A stretch of 63,474 nucleotides of DNA, filler included. It is 5 parts of 5 records of this genome, joined end to end, with 100 filler letters (N's around TTAATTAATTAA, not from the genome) between each part and the next. Parts side by side here need not be neighbours in the genome. Positions count along the whole stretch, not along the records: positions 1 to 24,005 come from DRR723986_8740; positions 24,106 to 39,218 come from DRR723986_8759; 3 more parts are not named here. One strand, given 5' to 3'. A program made the position numbers and the translations under genes. How positions within the stretch are numbered: position 1 is the stretch's first letter; each line of letters opens with the position of its first letter. This document shows, piece by piece, positions 21,938-31,762 of the stretch. The notes beneath the pieces were generated by a model. That model had not been told where the DNA came from. It ran no database searches and worked only from the letters and a program-made list of their open reading frames with translations.

Positions 21938-24005
21938 TTATTTGCTTTCCTTTGCTTTTGCGAATGCGGCAGCAAATGCATTGTTGGCAAAACCTGCGCC
22001 TTTTTGTGAATTCAATCCAGCGTTTCCTCCGCGCCGTTCACCGCGTGAATTTCCGTGTGAATCGCCTGCACGGTTAGCTTGAACTTGTCGGCCAGCGTTC
22101 TGCCCGGGTGTGGCTCTTGGCACATCGTCGCCCATTTTCATGGTCAGTGAAATTCGTTTGCGAGGAATATCGACTTCCAGCACTTTTACTTTCACAATTT
22201 GCCCGGTTTTCACCACGCTGTGCGGGTCTTTCACAAAGGTGTTGGACAAGGCAGAAACATGCACCAACCCGTCCTGATGTACACCTATGTCTACAAAAGC
22301 GCCAAAGTTTGCTACGTTGGTGACTACACCTTCAAGCGTCATACCGGGTTTCAAGTCGGCCATGGTGTGTACTTTGTCATCAAACTTTGCGGTCTTGAAA
22401 CTGGGGCGTGGGTCACGGCCAGGTTTTTCAAGTTCTACCAAAATATCCTGAACCGTGGGCAGACCAAAACGATCATCCACGAATTCGGTGGGTTTCAATT
22501 CCTTCAAAATTTCGCGATTACCTACCAGGCTGCCCACCGGCTTTTTTACCCTGGCTGCCATTTTCTCGACCACAATATAGGCCTCAGGGTGTACGGAAGA
22601 GGCATCGAGCGGGTTTTCAGCACCATGAATGCGCAAAAAACCCGCGGCTTGTTCAAATGTTTTGTCACCAAGCCTTGGTACTTTGCGCAAGTCTTCACGG
22701 CTTTTGAATTTGCCATTGGTGTTTCGGAAAGAAACCAAGGCTTTGGCCACAGAAGCATTGAGTCCTGATACGCGGGACAGCAGTTGCTCCGACGCTGTGT
22801 TCACTTCGACACCCACTGCGTTCACGCAATCTTCAACCACTGCGTCGAGTCGTCCGCTCAGTTGGCGCTGATCCACGTCATGTTGATATTGACCCACACC
22901 GATCGATTTTGGATCGATTTTGACCAGTTCAGCCAAAGGATCTTGGAGGCGGCGTGCGATGGACACCGCACCTCGAATGCTGACGTCAAGGTCTGGCAAT
23001 TCTGCCGACGCCAAGGCACTGGCGGAGTAAACCGAGGCGCCTGCTTCGCTCACCATAACTCGTGTGGCTTTCAGGTCTTTGTGTTGCGCCAGCAGGTCAG
23101 CAACCAGCTGATCGGTTTCGCGGCTTGCAGTGCCGTTTCCAATGGCGATCAACTCTACATGGTGTTTCATGCAAAGCGCAGCAAGTAGTGCGATGGATTC
23201 ATTCCATTGCCGACGAGGTTCATGTGGGTAAATCGTGGCGTGTTCAACCACTTGGCCGGTGCTGTCAATTACCGCCACTTTTACACCGGTGCGAATACCC
23301 GGGTCCAGTCCCATGGTGGCTTTACTTCCTGCCGGTGCGGACAACAGTAAATCTTTCAGGTTTTTACCAAACACCGTGATTGCTTCGGCTTGGGCGGCGT
23401 CACGCAGCGTGCCGATCACCTCACTTTCCAAAGTGCTGGCCAGTTTGATTTTCCACGTCCAGCGGCATGTTTCACTCAAGAATTTGCCCCGAGGGCTGTC
23501 ATCGCGCTCAATGCCATGCAGACGGGCTATTTCCGATTCAAAAGGATGGGGTGCACGCGGGTTTTCGGCTTGCCATACTTCGGGCAGGTCTACCTTCAGT
23601 GTCAGAAACCCTTGTTCACGGCCACGAAGCATCGCCAACATGCGATGTGATGCTGTGCTGCCCAAGGGTTCTTGATGTTCAAAGTAATCTTGAAACTTGA
23701 TGGCTTCACTGGCTTTTTCGGGCACCACCGCTGCTCGAATCGCACCCTCGGCTTTCAAACGGTTTCTTAGAAGCGCCAGCAAAGCTGCATTTTCAGAAAA
23801 CTGTTCGGCCAAAATGTCGCGGGCACCATCCAGTGCTGCTTTGGTGTCTTTGATTTGATGTTCTGCATTCAGGTAAGCGGCGGCCAGTATTTCAGGCACT
23901 GCTTGTTTATTCTCAAGAATTTCATCGGCCAGGGGCTGCAAGCCTGCTTCGCGCGCTATTTGCGCACGCGTGCGACGCTTGGGCTTGTAGGGCAGGTAAA
24001 GGTCT
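21938..24005 (-). CDS. tex: Tex family RNA-binding transcription accessory protein (5' end truncated by the contig end)
   Basis: LYLPYKPKRRTRA at the edge, GLDPGIRTG, DPKSIGVGQYQHD and a C-terminal S1 domain. Confidence 0.93.
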
Positions 24006-24105
24006 NNNNNNNNNNNNNNNNNNNNNNNNNNNNNNNNNNNNNNNNNNNNTTAATTAATTAANNNNNNNNNNNNNNNNNNNNNNNNNNNNNNNNNNNNNNN
24101 NNNNN
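24006..24105. other. Artificial contig linker
   Basis: N44-TTAATTAATTAA-N44, giving stops in all six frames. Confidence 0.99.
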
Positions 24106-24137
24106 ACAGCGCTTCGCGCTTCCTCAGGATGAGGTTT
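24106..24137. repeat. Fragment of an alphaproteobacterial palindromic intergenic repeat at the contig start
   Basis: GCGCTTCGCGCTTCCTCAGGATGAGG resembles the 3' arm of REP-like elements ending in CCTCAGGATGAG. Confidence 0.5.
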
Positions 24138-24381
24138 GCCTATGCGAGCCCTCTTTCACTCGTCCGGATCTTTCGCCGGCAGACCAGAAGACTTGAGACA
24201 GCCCGCAAGCCTTTGCCGCAACCAATTGCCACGGCGCATGTCCGCCTTGGTTTAAATTGTCAGTCCGGTGACGGAAATTGAAACGCCATCCCACGCCTCC
24301 CGACCGGGAACTCCTTACAATTCCGCCTGAGATTTGAAGCGCCTGGCCTCAGGGCAACCGCGCACAAGGAAGGCTGAACCA

Positions 24382-25305
24382 ATGAAACATTTCGCTCTCG
24401 CACTGGCGATGACCGCAAGCCTCGCCACATCCGCCACCGCCGCAAGCTTCGGCCCGCTGGTCGAAGCTGCCGAGCTGTCCGCGTCGCTGGACACCGTGGA
24501 GCCGGTGCTTCTGGACATCCGCAACGAGGGATACGAGAAAGGCCATGCAGACGGCGCGCTTTTTGCGCCCTACCGCATGTTCCGCGGACCGGCGGAAAAC
24601 CCCGGAGGCCTTGTGGATGTTGAAAAGCTGGAAGCCGAACTGGAAGAACTCGGCCTGGAACAGGATACGCCGATCGTGATCCTGTCCGAAGGCAAGACCG
24701 ATACGGACTTCGGTTCCGCCGCGCGTGTCTACTGGACCTTGAAATCCACCGGCTTCACCGACCTGTCGATCCTGAACGGTGGCCTTGAGTCCTGGAAAGC
24801 CGCCGGCCTTCCGGTCAACGCCACGGCCGAATCTGCCTTTCCGAGCGAGCTGGAACTGACCTTTGACGACACCTGGTTGGCCACCACGGCAGACGTTTCC
24901 GCCGTTGCTGCAGGCGAGTCGAACGCACTTCTGGTAGATGCTCGCCCGGCGGATTTCTTCAACGGCAAGAAGGCGCATGAAGCTGCCTCGCGTCCGGGAA
25001 CCCTGCCGACCGCCATCAACCACACCTACACAGCGTTCTTCAAGGAAGGCTCGCCGGCAATGTCCACCGCCATCGATCCTGCCGCGCTGAAAGCATCGCT
25101 TGGTGTCGAAGACGGCAAGGATACGGTTTCCTTCTGCAACACCGGCCACTGGGCCGCAGCTCACTGGTTTGCGGTGTCCGAAGTCGCCGGAGTGGAAAAC
25201 GCAAAGCTTTACGCGGGCTCCATGGTCGAATATTCCCAGTCCGGAAACGAGATGGCCAACACACCGGGTCTCGTACAGAACCTGATAAACCAGATACTGA
25301 ACTGA
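24382..25305 (+). CDS. Exported two-domain rhodanese/sulfurtransferase
   Basis: Signal peptide MKHFALALAMTASLATSATAA, AARVYWTL, LNGG, LVDAR, catalytic loop CNTGHW and LYAGSMVEY. AAGGAAGG lies upstream. Confidence 0.88.
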   Translation: MKHFALALAMTASLATSATAASFGPLVEAAELSASLDTVEPVLLDIRNEGYEKGHADGALFAPYRMFRGPAENPGGLVDVEKLEAELEELGLEQDTPIVILSEGKTDTDFGSAARVYWTLKSTGFTDLSILNGGLESWKAAGLPVNATAESAFPSELELTFDDTWLATTADVSAVAAGESNALLVDARPADFFNGKKAHEAASRPGTLPTAINHTYTAFFKEGSPAMSTAIDPAALKASLGVEDGKDTVSFCNTGHWAAAHWFAVSEVAGVENAKLYAGSMVEYSQSGNEMANTPGLVQNLINQILN

Positions 25306-25306
25306 C

Positions 25307-26437
25307 GTGACCACAGCCGCAGACATTCATACCGCCGCTGCGACGCCAATCTGGCGCCGCGGCGGTCTTGTTTTGGCCGCCCTTGCAGCCGTTCTGGCCA
25401 CCGCCCTTCTGGTTGGTGGCCGGTATGGCCTGTTGCTTGCCGTCGGCCTTGGTTTCGGCATCGTGCTGGAAGGCCTGCGCTTCGGTTTTGCCGGCCCCTG
25501 GCGTGCGATGATCCTGCGCCGGGACCCGGGCGGCCTTTGGGCGCAGCTTCTGTCGATCGCCCTTGTCTCACTGGTGGCCTTTCCCCTGCTTGCCGCAAAC
25601 CAGGGCGAGCTGAGCGGCGCACAGGGCCCAATCGGCTTTGCCATGATCGCGGGAGCCTTCGTCTTCGGCGCTGCCATGCAGGTCGTGCTCGGATGCGGGT
25701 CCGGCACCCTGGTCAATGCCGGGTCCGGCAACGCGGTTTCCCTTGTCGCCCTGCCCTTCTTTGCCATCGGCAGCTTTGCCGGGGCCTATCACCTGATCTG
25801 GTGGACAGATCTTGGGGCATTGCCCGTTCTGACCCTGTCCGGCTGGCAAGGCGCGGCGATTACCCTCCTCGGACTTTCGGCAATCGCCGCGGTGCTCTGG
25901 AAGCTGGCAGCTCCCGAAAACCGGCGCCTGCCTCGCCGGCTGATAGTTGCAGCTGTGCTGCTGGCCGCCCTTGCCATCCTGAACCTGATCGTGGCCGGCC
26001 AACCCTGGGGCGTTGTCTATGGCCTTGGCCTTTGGGCTGCAAAGGCGGCATCTGCAGCAGGGGCGGATCTTTCCGGATCCGCTTTCTGGAGTGCACCTGC
26101 CTCCGTCGAGCGCCTGACCCATAGCCTGCTGACGGATTACACATCCCTCACCAATATCGGCATCATCCTGGGTGCCTTTCTGGTCGCCAGCTGGCGCACC
26201 GGCGGCCTGTCGCAGAAAATCCAGTCGCTGCCGGCACAGGCCTGGCTCGCCGCAATGGTCGCGGGCTTTCTGCTGGGCTACTCCTCGCGCCTTGCCTTCG
26301 GTTGCAATGTCGGCGCGTTCTTTTCCGGCATCTCGACCGGCAGCCTGCACGGCTGGGTCTGGTTCGCGGCAGCCTTTGCCGGATCGATCTACGGCGTGAA
26401 ACTGCGCCCGCTCCTGAAGCTGGAGGCAAGATCATGA
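25307..26437 (+). CDS. YeeE/YedE family sulfur-compound (thiosulfate) transporter
   Basis: Multi-TM protein with FGFAG, GCGSGTL and GCNVGAFFSG motifs. Confidence 0.88.
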   Translation: MTTAADIHTAAATPIWRRGGLVLAALAAVLATALLVGGRYGLLLAVGLGFGIVLEGLRFGFAGPWRAMILRRDPGGLWAQLLSIALVSLVAFPLLAANQGELSGAQGPIGFAMIAGAFVFGAAMQVVLGCGSGTLVNAGSGNAVSLVALPFFAIGSFAGAYHLIWWTDLGALPVLTLSGWQGAAITLLGLSAIAAVLWKLAAPENRRLPRRLIVAAVLLAALAILNLIVAGQPWGVVYGLGLWAAKAASAAGADLSGSAFWSAPASVERLTHSLLTDYTSLTNIGIILGAFLVASWRTGGLSQKIQSLPAQAWLAAMVAGFLLGYSSRLAFGCNVGAFFSGISTGSLHGWVWFAAAFAGSIYGVKLRPLLKLEARS

Positions 26438-26610
26438 CCCGGCTGGTAACAGCTTCCGTCGCCCTTGCCGGACTTGCGGCAATGATTGCTCTAGATGCAT
26501 CTGCGACACCGCCCAATCCCTACAAGGCCCCGAAACTTCTGGCTCTGGGCTCCGGCACCGCCCCGAGCGGCGGCTTTTGCGGTGCGCTGCCCGACCCGGC
26601 CGGCAAATAG
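26434..26610 (+). CDS. Small secreted protein (58 aa) with a single Cys in SGGFCG
   Basis: Translates as MTRLVTASVALAGLAAMIALDASATPPNPYKAPKLLALGSGTAPSGGFCGALPDPAGK. It has an ATGA overlap with the yeeE stop, a GGAGG RBS and an ASA signal cleavage site. Confidence 0.7.
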   Translation: MTRLVTASVALAGLAAMIALDASATPPNPYKAPKLLALGSGTAPSGGFCGALPDPAGK

Positions 26611-26767
26611 CCGAGCGACCCCTGCCAACCGGCAACCGCTCCCGGGTTGGCACGGGATGCCAAAGCCTCGACTTGCTTTCACAAGGTCATCGGCAAAACG
26701 TCTGACTTGCTTGTGTGCACCGCAGCGGGCTTAATCCTCTCCGACAAATCAGAACCGGGAGGCACAG

Positions 26768-27820
26768 GTGAGCAAGACCAATCGCGGCAATTTCTTCGAA
26801 GACTTCAAGGTGGGACAGGTCATCCGCCACGCAACGCCGCGCACCGTCACCAGCGGTGACCAGGCGCTTTACACCGCGCTTTACGGCTCTCGCTTTGCGG
26901 TTCAGTCGTCAGACGCTTTCGCAAAATCCCTGGGCTATTCCCACGCCCCGGTCGACGACCTGCTGACCTTTCACATCGTCTTCGGCAAGACAGTGCCGGA
27001 CATCTCGCTGAATGCCGTCGCCAATCTGGGCTATGCGGGCGGCCGGTTCCTGGCACCGGTTTTCCCGGGAGATACCATTTCCACCGTCTCCGAGGTGATC
27101 GGCAAGAAAGAGAACTCCAACGGCAAGACCGGCGTCGTCTATGTGCGCTCGACCGGCTACACCGAAAACGGCACCGAGGTGCTGGATTATGTCCGCTGGG
27201 TGATGGTCAACAAGCGTGTTGCCGCCAATCCCGCGCCGGAACCGGTGGTGCCGGAACTTCCCTCAGCGCTCGATCCGCAGTCTCTCGGCACCGCCGTGCC
27301 ATTGCTCGACACCGCCAATTGGGACAATGACCTGGCCGGATCCGAGTACCGTTTCGACGATTACGAGATTGGCGAGAAGATCGACCATGTCGACGGAATG
27401 ACGGTGGAGGAAGCCGAACATCAGCTGGCGACCCGTCTTTACCAGAACACCGCCAAGGTTCATTTCAACCAGCACACGGAAGCTCACAACCGTTTCGGCC
27501 ACCGCCTGGTTTATGGCGGCCACGTGATCTCCATTGCCCGTGCACTGTCGTTCAACGGGCTGGCCAACGCGTTTCATATTGCCGGCATCAACGGCGGTCG
27601 CCACGTCGGCCCGCTGGCGGCCGGCGACACGGTTTATGCCTGGTCGGAAGTTCTGGACAAGGCGGATATCGACGGCCGCTCGGACGTCGGCGCGCTGCGT
27701 CTGCGGCTTGTCGCCACCAAGAACCGGACCTGCCATGACTTCCCCGGACAGGACCATGAGGACAACTACCTGCCCGAAGTGGTTCTCGATTTCGACTACT
27801 GGGCCCTGATGCCAAAATAA
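26768..27820 (+). CDS. mch: Mesaconyl-CoA hydratase (double MaoC/hotdog), ethylmalonyl-CoA pathway
   Basis: KTNRGNFFEDF, FGKTVPDISLNAVANLGY and YQNTAKVHFN motifs. Confidence 0.88.
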   Translation: MSKTNRGNFFEDFKVGQVIRHATPRTVTSGDQALYTALYGSRFAVQSSDAFAKSLGYSHAPVDDLLTFHIVFGKTVPDISLNAVANLGYAGGRFLAPVFPGDTISTVSEVIGKKENSNGKTGVVYVRSTGYTENGTEVLDYVRWVMVNKRVAANPAPEPVVPELPSALDPQSLGTAVPLLDTANWDNDLAGSEYRFDDYEIGEKIDHVDGMTVEEAEHQLATRLYQNTAKVHFNQHTEAHNRFGHRLVYGGHVISIARALSFNGLANAFHIAGINGGRHVGPLAAGDTVYAWSEVLDKADIDGRSDVGALRLRLVATKNRTCHDFPGQDHEDNYLPEVVLDFDYWALMPK

Positions 27821-27896
27821 GCATGACACCCGGCCCGATCCTTTTGGATGACGGATCTCCTCTTCCTCGCTACCATGACGCAAGAGGAGGTCTGGC

Positions 27897-28670
27897 ATGC
27901 TGACAACGCTTTCGGGCCGAGAAACAAATCTGATCTTCGCGATCATGCAGGACATGATCGCCATCCAGGACGCACGGCAACTCAGGCTGCAGCTTGGCAC
28001 CCGCTTGCTGGACCTTCTGGAGGCGGACTACTTTGCCTCCTACGTCTGGACAAGGACCGACGGCGACACGGACGGCGTGTTCCTGAACATGGACGAGAGC
28101 AATCTCGCCGCCTACCAGCACCATTTCCAGCACTGCGATCCGATTACACCCAGATTCCGCATGTGCCGGCGCGCCACCCACCTCGATCAGGTCATTTCCC
28201 GGGAAGATTTCCTGCGCACCGAATTCTACAACGACTTTCTGGCACGGGACGGCCTGCATCAGGGCATGAACTTCCATGCCTATGCGGCGACAGGCCATCT
28301 GGGCGACCTGCGCATCTGGCGCGGCGCCGGCAAGGAAACCTTCCAGCAGCGCGATCTGGAAATACTGAACGCGATCGGCACGTCCTTCGGACATGCCCTT
28401 GCGAACATGCAGGCACACGAACGCAAACAGCGCGATGCCGACCCCCGATTGCGCTTGACGGCCTGGGCCGGCCACCACGGGCTCACCGGCCGGGAACAGG
28501 ACGTGCTTTGCCTGGTGAGTGAAGGCAAGCGCGACCGCGAGATTGCGGCGGAACTCGAAATCTCCGTCACGACCGTTCGCTCCCACCTCAAGGCGGTGTT
28601 TCAAAAATCGGGGGTGACCAGTCGCGCGGAACTGCTCGCCAGCGTCAACACGCGACTTTCTCTCCAATAA
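27897..28670 (+). CDS. LuxR-type HTH regulator with an N-terminal GAF-like sensor domain
   Basis: C-terminal LTGREQDVL...G..DREIAAELEISVTTVRSHL; N-terminal DPI...TEFYNDFL. Confidence 0.85.
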   Translation: MLTTLSGRETNLIFAIMQDMIAIQDARQLRLQLGTRLLDLLEADYFASYVWTRTDGDTDGVFLNMDESNLAAYQHHFQHCDPITPRFRMCRRATHLDQVISREDFLRTEFYNDFLARDGLHQGMNFHAYAATGHLGDLRIWRGAGKETFQQRDLEILNAIGTSFGHALANMQAHERKQRDADPRLRLTAWAGHHGLTGREQDVLCLVSEGKRDREIAAELEISVTTVRSHLKAVFQKSGVTSRAELLASVNTRLSLQ

Positions 28671-28755
28671 ACGAAGCGCCTCCTCATTTTCGAGGATGCG
28701 CCGGAAAAGGCACAGGCGTTTGCTGTTTCCCTCATGCACAAGAAGGGGAACAAAC

Positions 28756-30237
28756 ATGAAAGTGCATCTCACAGCAGGACTGACTGCGATCGTAGCCACC
28801 TTTGCCGGTCCGGCGTTTGCCGCCGACGACATCACCACCATGAGTGCAGCGGAAACGGCGAGCGCCATCGCCGGACAGACGCTGACAGCCACGGATCTCG
28901 TCAACGCCCTCATCGCCAGAACCGGCGATGACCCGGGCAATGTCTACATAACGTTCGACAGCGAAGGCGCGCTTGCAGCCGCTGCAGCCGCCGATGAAAG
29001 CGTGAAGGCAGGAGAAACCCTCGGACCGCTGCACGGCGTGCCAATTGTCGTGAAGGACAACATTGCCTCCGCTGGCCTGCCGACCACCGGTGGCACGCCT
29101 GCCCTGAAAGGATGGGTGCCCGCAGAAGACGCGCCGGTCTTGAAGAAACTGCGCGATGCGGGCGCGATCCTGCTCGGCAAGACCAATCTTCACGAACTTG
29201 CTTTCGGCATCACCTCGAACAACGCCGCCTTCGGCGCCGTTGCAAACGCCTATGATCCCGACCGCTTTGCCGGCGGCTCGAGTGGCGGCACCGGCGCTGC
29301 GATAGGTGCCAGGCTGGCGCCCGCCGGCCTTGGAACCGACACGGGCGGCTCGGTGCGTATTCCCTCGGCACTCAACGGTGTTTCCGGTCTGCGCCCTACC
29401 ACAGGCCGCTACCCGGCAGAAGGTATCGTGCCGATTTCCGCGACCCGCGACACGCCCGGTCCGATTGCAAGAACGGTTTCCGACCTGGTCCTCCTCGATG
29501 CGGTGATCACGGGTAGCACTGCGACACTCGCCCCTGCAGACCTCGGCACCGTCCGTCTGGGTGTTCCAGGCGTGCTGACGGACAACCTCTCACCGGAAAC
29601 GGATCGTCTCTTCAAGGAAGCCCTGGACAAGCTGCAGGCCGCCGGCGTGACCCTTGTTCCTGTCGACATCAGCACGGAGCTTGAACTTGCCGGAAAAGCC
29701 GGTTTCCCGATCGCCCTGTGGGAAGTGAAACGGGATCTTGCCGCCTTTCTGGAGACGCATGAAACCGGGCTTGGGCTGCAGGACATAGCCGATGAAGTCG
29801 CCAGCCCCGACGTCAAATTCGTCTTCGACAATCTGGTACTGGGCAACCAGGCGATCCCGGATGCAGTTTACCGGGAGGCAATGGACGATATGCGGCCATT
29901 GATCCAGGCCGGATATGCTGAAGTCTTTGCAGCCAACAAGCTGGACGCGCTGGTTTTCCCGACAACCCCGCTGCAGGCACAGCCCATCACCGGAACCGAT
30001 GAAACCGTGTCGCTGAACGGCGAAGACGTACCGACCTTCCCCACGTTCATCCGCAACACCGATCCAGGTTCCGTCGCCGGTATTCCTGGCCTGTCCTTGC
30101 CTGCGGGGCTGACATCGGACGGCCTGCCCGTCGGCCTGGAGCTTGATGGCCCTGCCTATTCCGACCGACATCTTCTGGCGCTCGGCCTGGCTGTCGAAGC
30201 GGTTCTGCCGCACTTGCCGGCGCCAGCGTCAAACTAG
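28756..30237 (+). CDS. Secreted amidase-signature enzyme (indoleacetamide/mandelamide hydrolase-like)
   Basis: Signal peptide ending AFA, PIVVKDN, GGSSGG, GTDTGGSVRIP and IRNTDPGSVAGIPGLSLP motifs. Confidence 0.85.
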   Translation: MKVHLTAGLTAIVATFAGPAFAADDITTMSAAETASAIAGQTLTATDLVNALIARTGDDPGNVYITFDSEGALAAAAAADESVKAGETLGPLHGVPIVVKDNIASAGLPTTGGTPALKGWVPAEDAPVLKKLRDAGAILLGKTNLHELAFGITSNNAAFGAVANAYDPDRFAGGSSGGTGAAIGARLAPAGLGTDTGGSVRIPSALNGVSGLRPTTGRYPAEGIVPISATRDTPGPIARTVSDLVLLDAVITGSTATLAPADLGTVRLGVPGVLTDNLSPETDRLFKEALDKLQAAGVTLVPVDISTELELAGKAGFPIALWEVKRDLAAFLETHETGLGLQDIADEVASPDVKFVFDNLVLGNQAIPDAVYREAMDDMRPLIQAGYAEVFAANKLDALVFPTTPLQAQPITGTDETVSLNGEDVPTFPTFIRNTDPGSVAGIPGLSLPAGLTSDGLPVGLELDGPAYSDRHLLALGLAVEAVLPHLPAPASN

Positions 30238-30326
30238 GCAGAAGGCCTTCACAGAAGCAGGGTGTTTCCTGTCTGGACTTTATCGGAAGTCCTGGCGCAC
30301 ACTCCCGCAAAACAGGAGTGTGCGCC

Positions 30327-30929
30327 ATGAAAACCGTGTCCTTCACCCAGATGAAAGACGGCACCAAGGAAGACTACGATCTGCTGGCGGAAGCGGAACG
30401 GCCTTATCATGCCCTGACACCGGAACGGATCCTGTCCGAGCTGAAGCGCCAGAACGAAGACACGCTGTCCGGCTACAAGATCACCCGCATGCAGCATGGC
30501 CTGCAGGCGGCCACAAGGGCGCGTCGGGAAGGTGCGGACATCGACTGGATCGTCGGCGCGCTTCTGCACGATATCGGCGACGGGCTGGCCCCGCAGAACC
30601 ACGACCGATTCTCTGCCGAGGTCATCCGCCCCTTCGTACGGGACGAGGTTGCCTGGGTGGTGGAACATCATGGCATCTTCCAGATGCTCTATTACGGCCG
30701 TCACTATGGCTGGGACGAAAACGCCCGGGATCAGTTCAAGGATCACATGCACTTCCAGGCCTGCGCCGACTTCTGCGAGCGCTGGGACCAGTCCTCCTTC
30801 GATCCCGACTATGAAATGGACACGCTGGAAAGCTTCGAACCTCTGGTGCGCGAGGTTTTCTCGCGAAAGGCCTACGATCCGGCCGTGCTGCAGGAAGGCG
30901 TTTCAAGGGGATTGCCGCCGCTGCAGTAA
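30327..30929 (+). CDS. HD-domain metalloenzyme (PhnZ-like fold)
   Basis: HGLQAATRA...ALLHDIGD...NH...EHH...WD; CAGGAG upstream. Confidence 0.8.
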   Translation: MKTVSFTQMKDGTKEDYDLLAEAERPYHALTPERILSELKRQNEDTLSGYKITRMQHGLQAATRARREGADIDWIVGALLHDIGDGLAPQNHDRFSAEVIRPFVRDEVAWVVEHHGIFQMLYYGRHYGWDENARDQFKDHMHFQACADFCERWDQSSFDPDYEMDTLESFEPLVREVFSRKAYDPAVLQEGVSRGLPPLQ

Positions 30930-31126
30930 AAGTCCAGCACGTGATCGACGCGGTGGCTTTTGTCTTTCAAAACACCGATCGACACTCCATCGCAATCAAG
31001 CCGTCCATCGCCCCCTCTGAACCTTTCAAGGGTTCGGGAGACTGCCCCCCTGCTGCGACGAATGCCGCCGTTGCCGCGGATTGTAGCCGGAAGTTTCCTC
31101 GTAAAATCAGTTAGATCGAGAAAGAC

Positions 31127-31558
31127 ATGCGTCAGAGAATTATTGTTTGCCCTTTGATCGAAAACGAAGGCGCGTACCTTCTGTGCAAGATGCCAAGCGA
31201 CCGGGGTGTCTTTCCCGGACAATGGGCACTTTCGGGTGGCGGTCTGGAACAGGGTGAGCGGATAACAGAAGGGCTGCTTCGAGAAATCTCGGAAGAACTG
31301 GGATCCGACCTGACGATTGAGGATGTCCAACCCTGGACGTTTCGCGACGACGTCCGGACAAAGACCTACCCGGACGGCACCTCCGAGCAGATTTACATGA
31401 TTTATCTCATATTTGACTGCAAGGCGGCGAACCGCAGCGTTTCCATCAACGAAGAGTTCGAGGACTTCGCATGGGTCCTTCCCGAAGATCTCGGCAAATA
31501 TGATCTCAACGAAGCCACAAGAATGACGCTTGAAGCAAAGGGCCTGCTGCCGTCCTGA
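31127..31558 (+). CDS. nudI: Nucleoside triphosphatase NudI
   Basis: [11 protein letters not shown]...[14 protein letters not shown]...REISEELG...[10 protein letters not shown], closely resembling recalled enterobacterial NudI. Confidence 0.88.
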   Translation: MRQRIIVCPLIENEGAYLLCKMPSDRGVFPGQWALSGGGLEQGERITEGLLREISEELGSDLTIEDVQPWTFRDDVRTKTYPDGTSEQIYMIYLIFDCKAANRSVSINEEFEDFAWVLPEDLGKYDLNEATRMTLEAKGLLPS

Positions 31559-31762
31559 CAGGTGACAAGGCTCCCGAGATCTGCCCACCTTCTCCACCAG
31601 AGCAAGCGCTCTCGCCAGGAATGCTCCGCTCAAATCCCGGCACGATAGGTTCCTTCTTAAACGACAGCCCTTTCAGGCCAACTTTGCGCCGCAAACAGCC
31701 GCCACAACTTCAAGTTATGCGAATTTGAAATCGAACCTGATGGGGAGGGGCGAGCGTCATCA

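Noticed and set aside
24050-24061. TTAATTAATTAA palindrome repeated four times in the window
   Set aside because: It is an assembly spacer embedded in N-runs, not a biological repeat.
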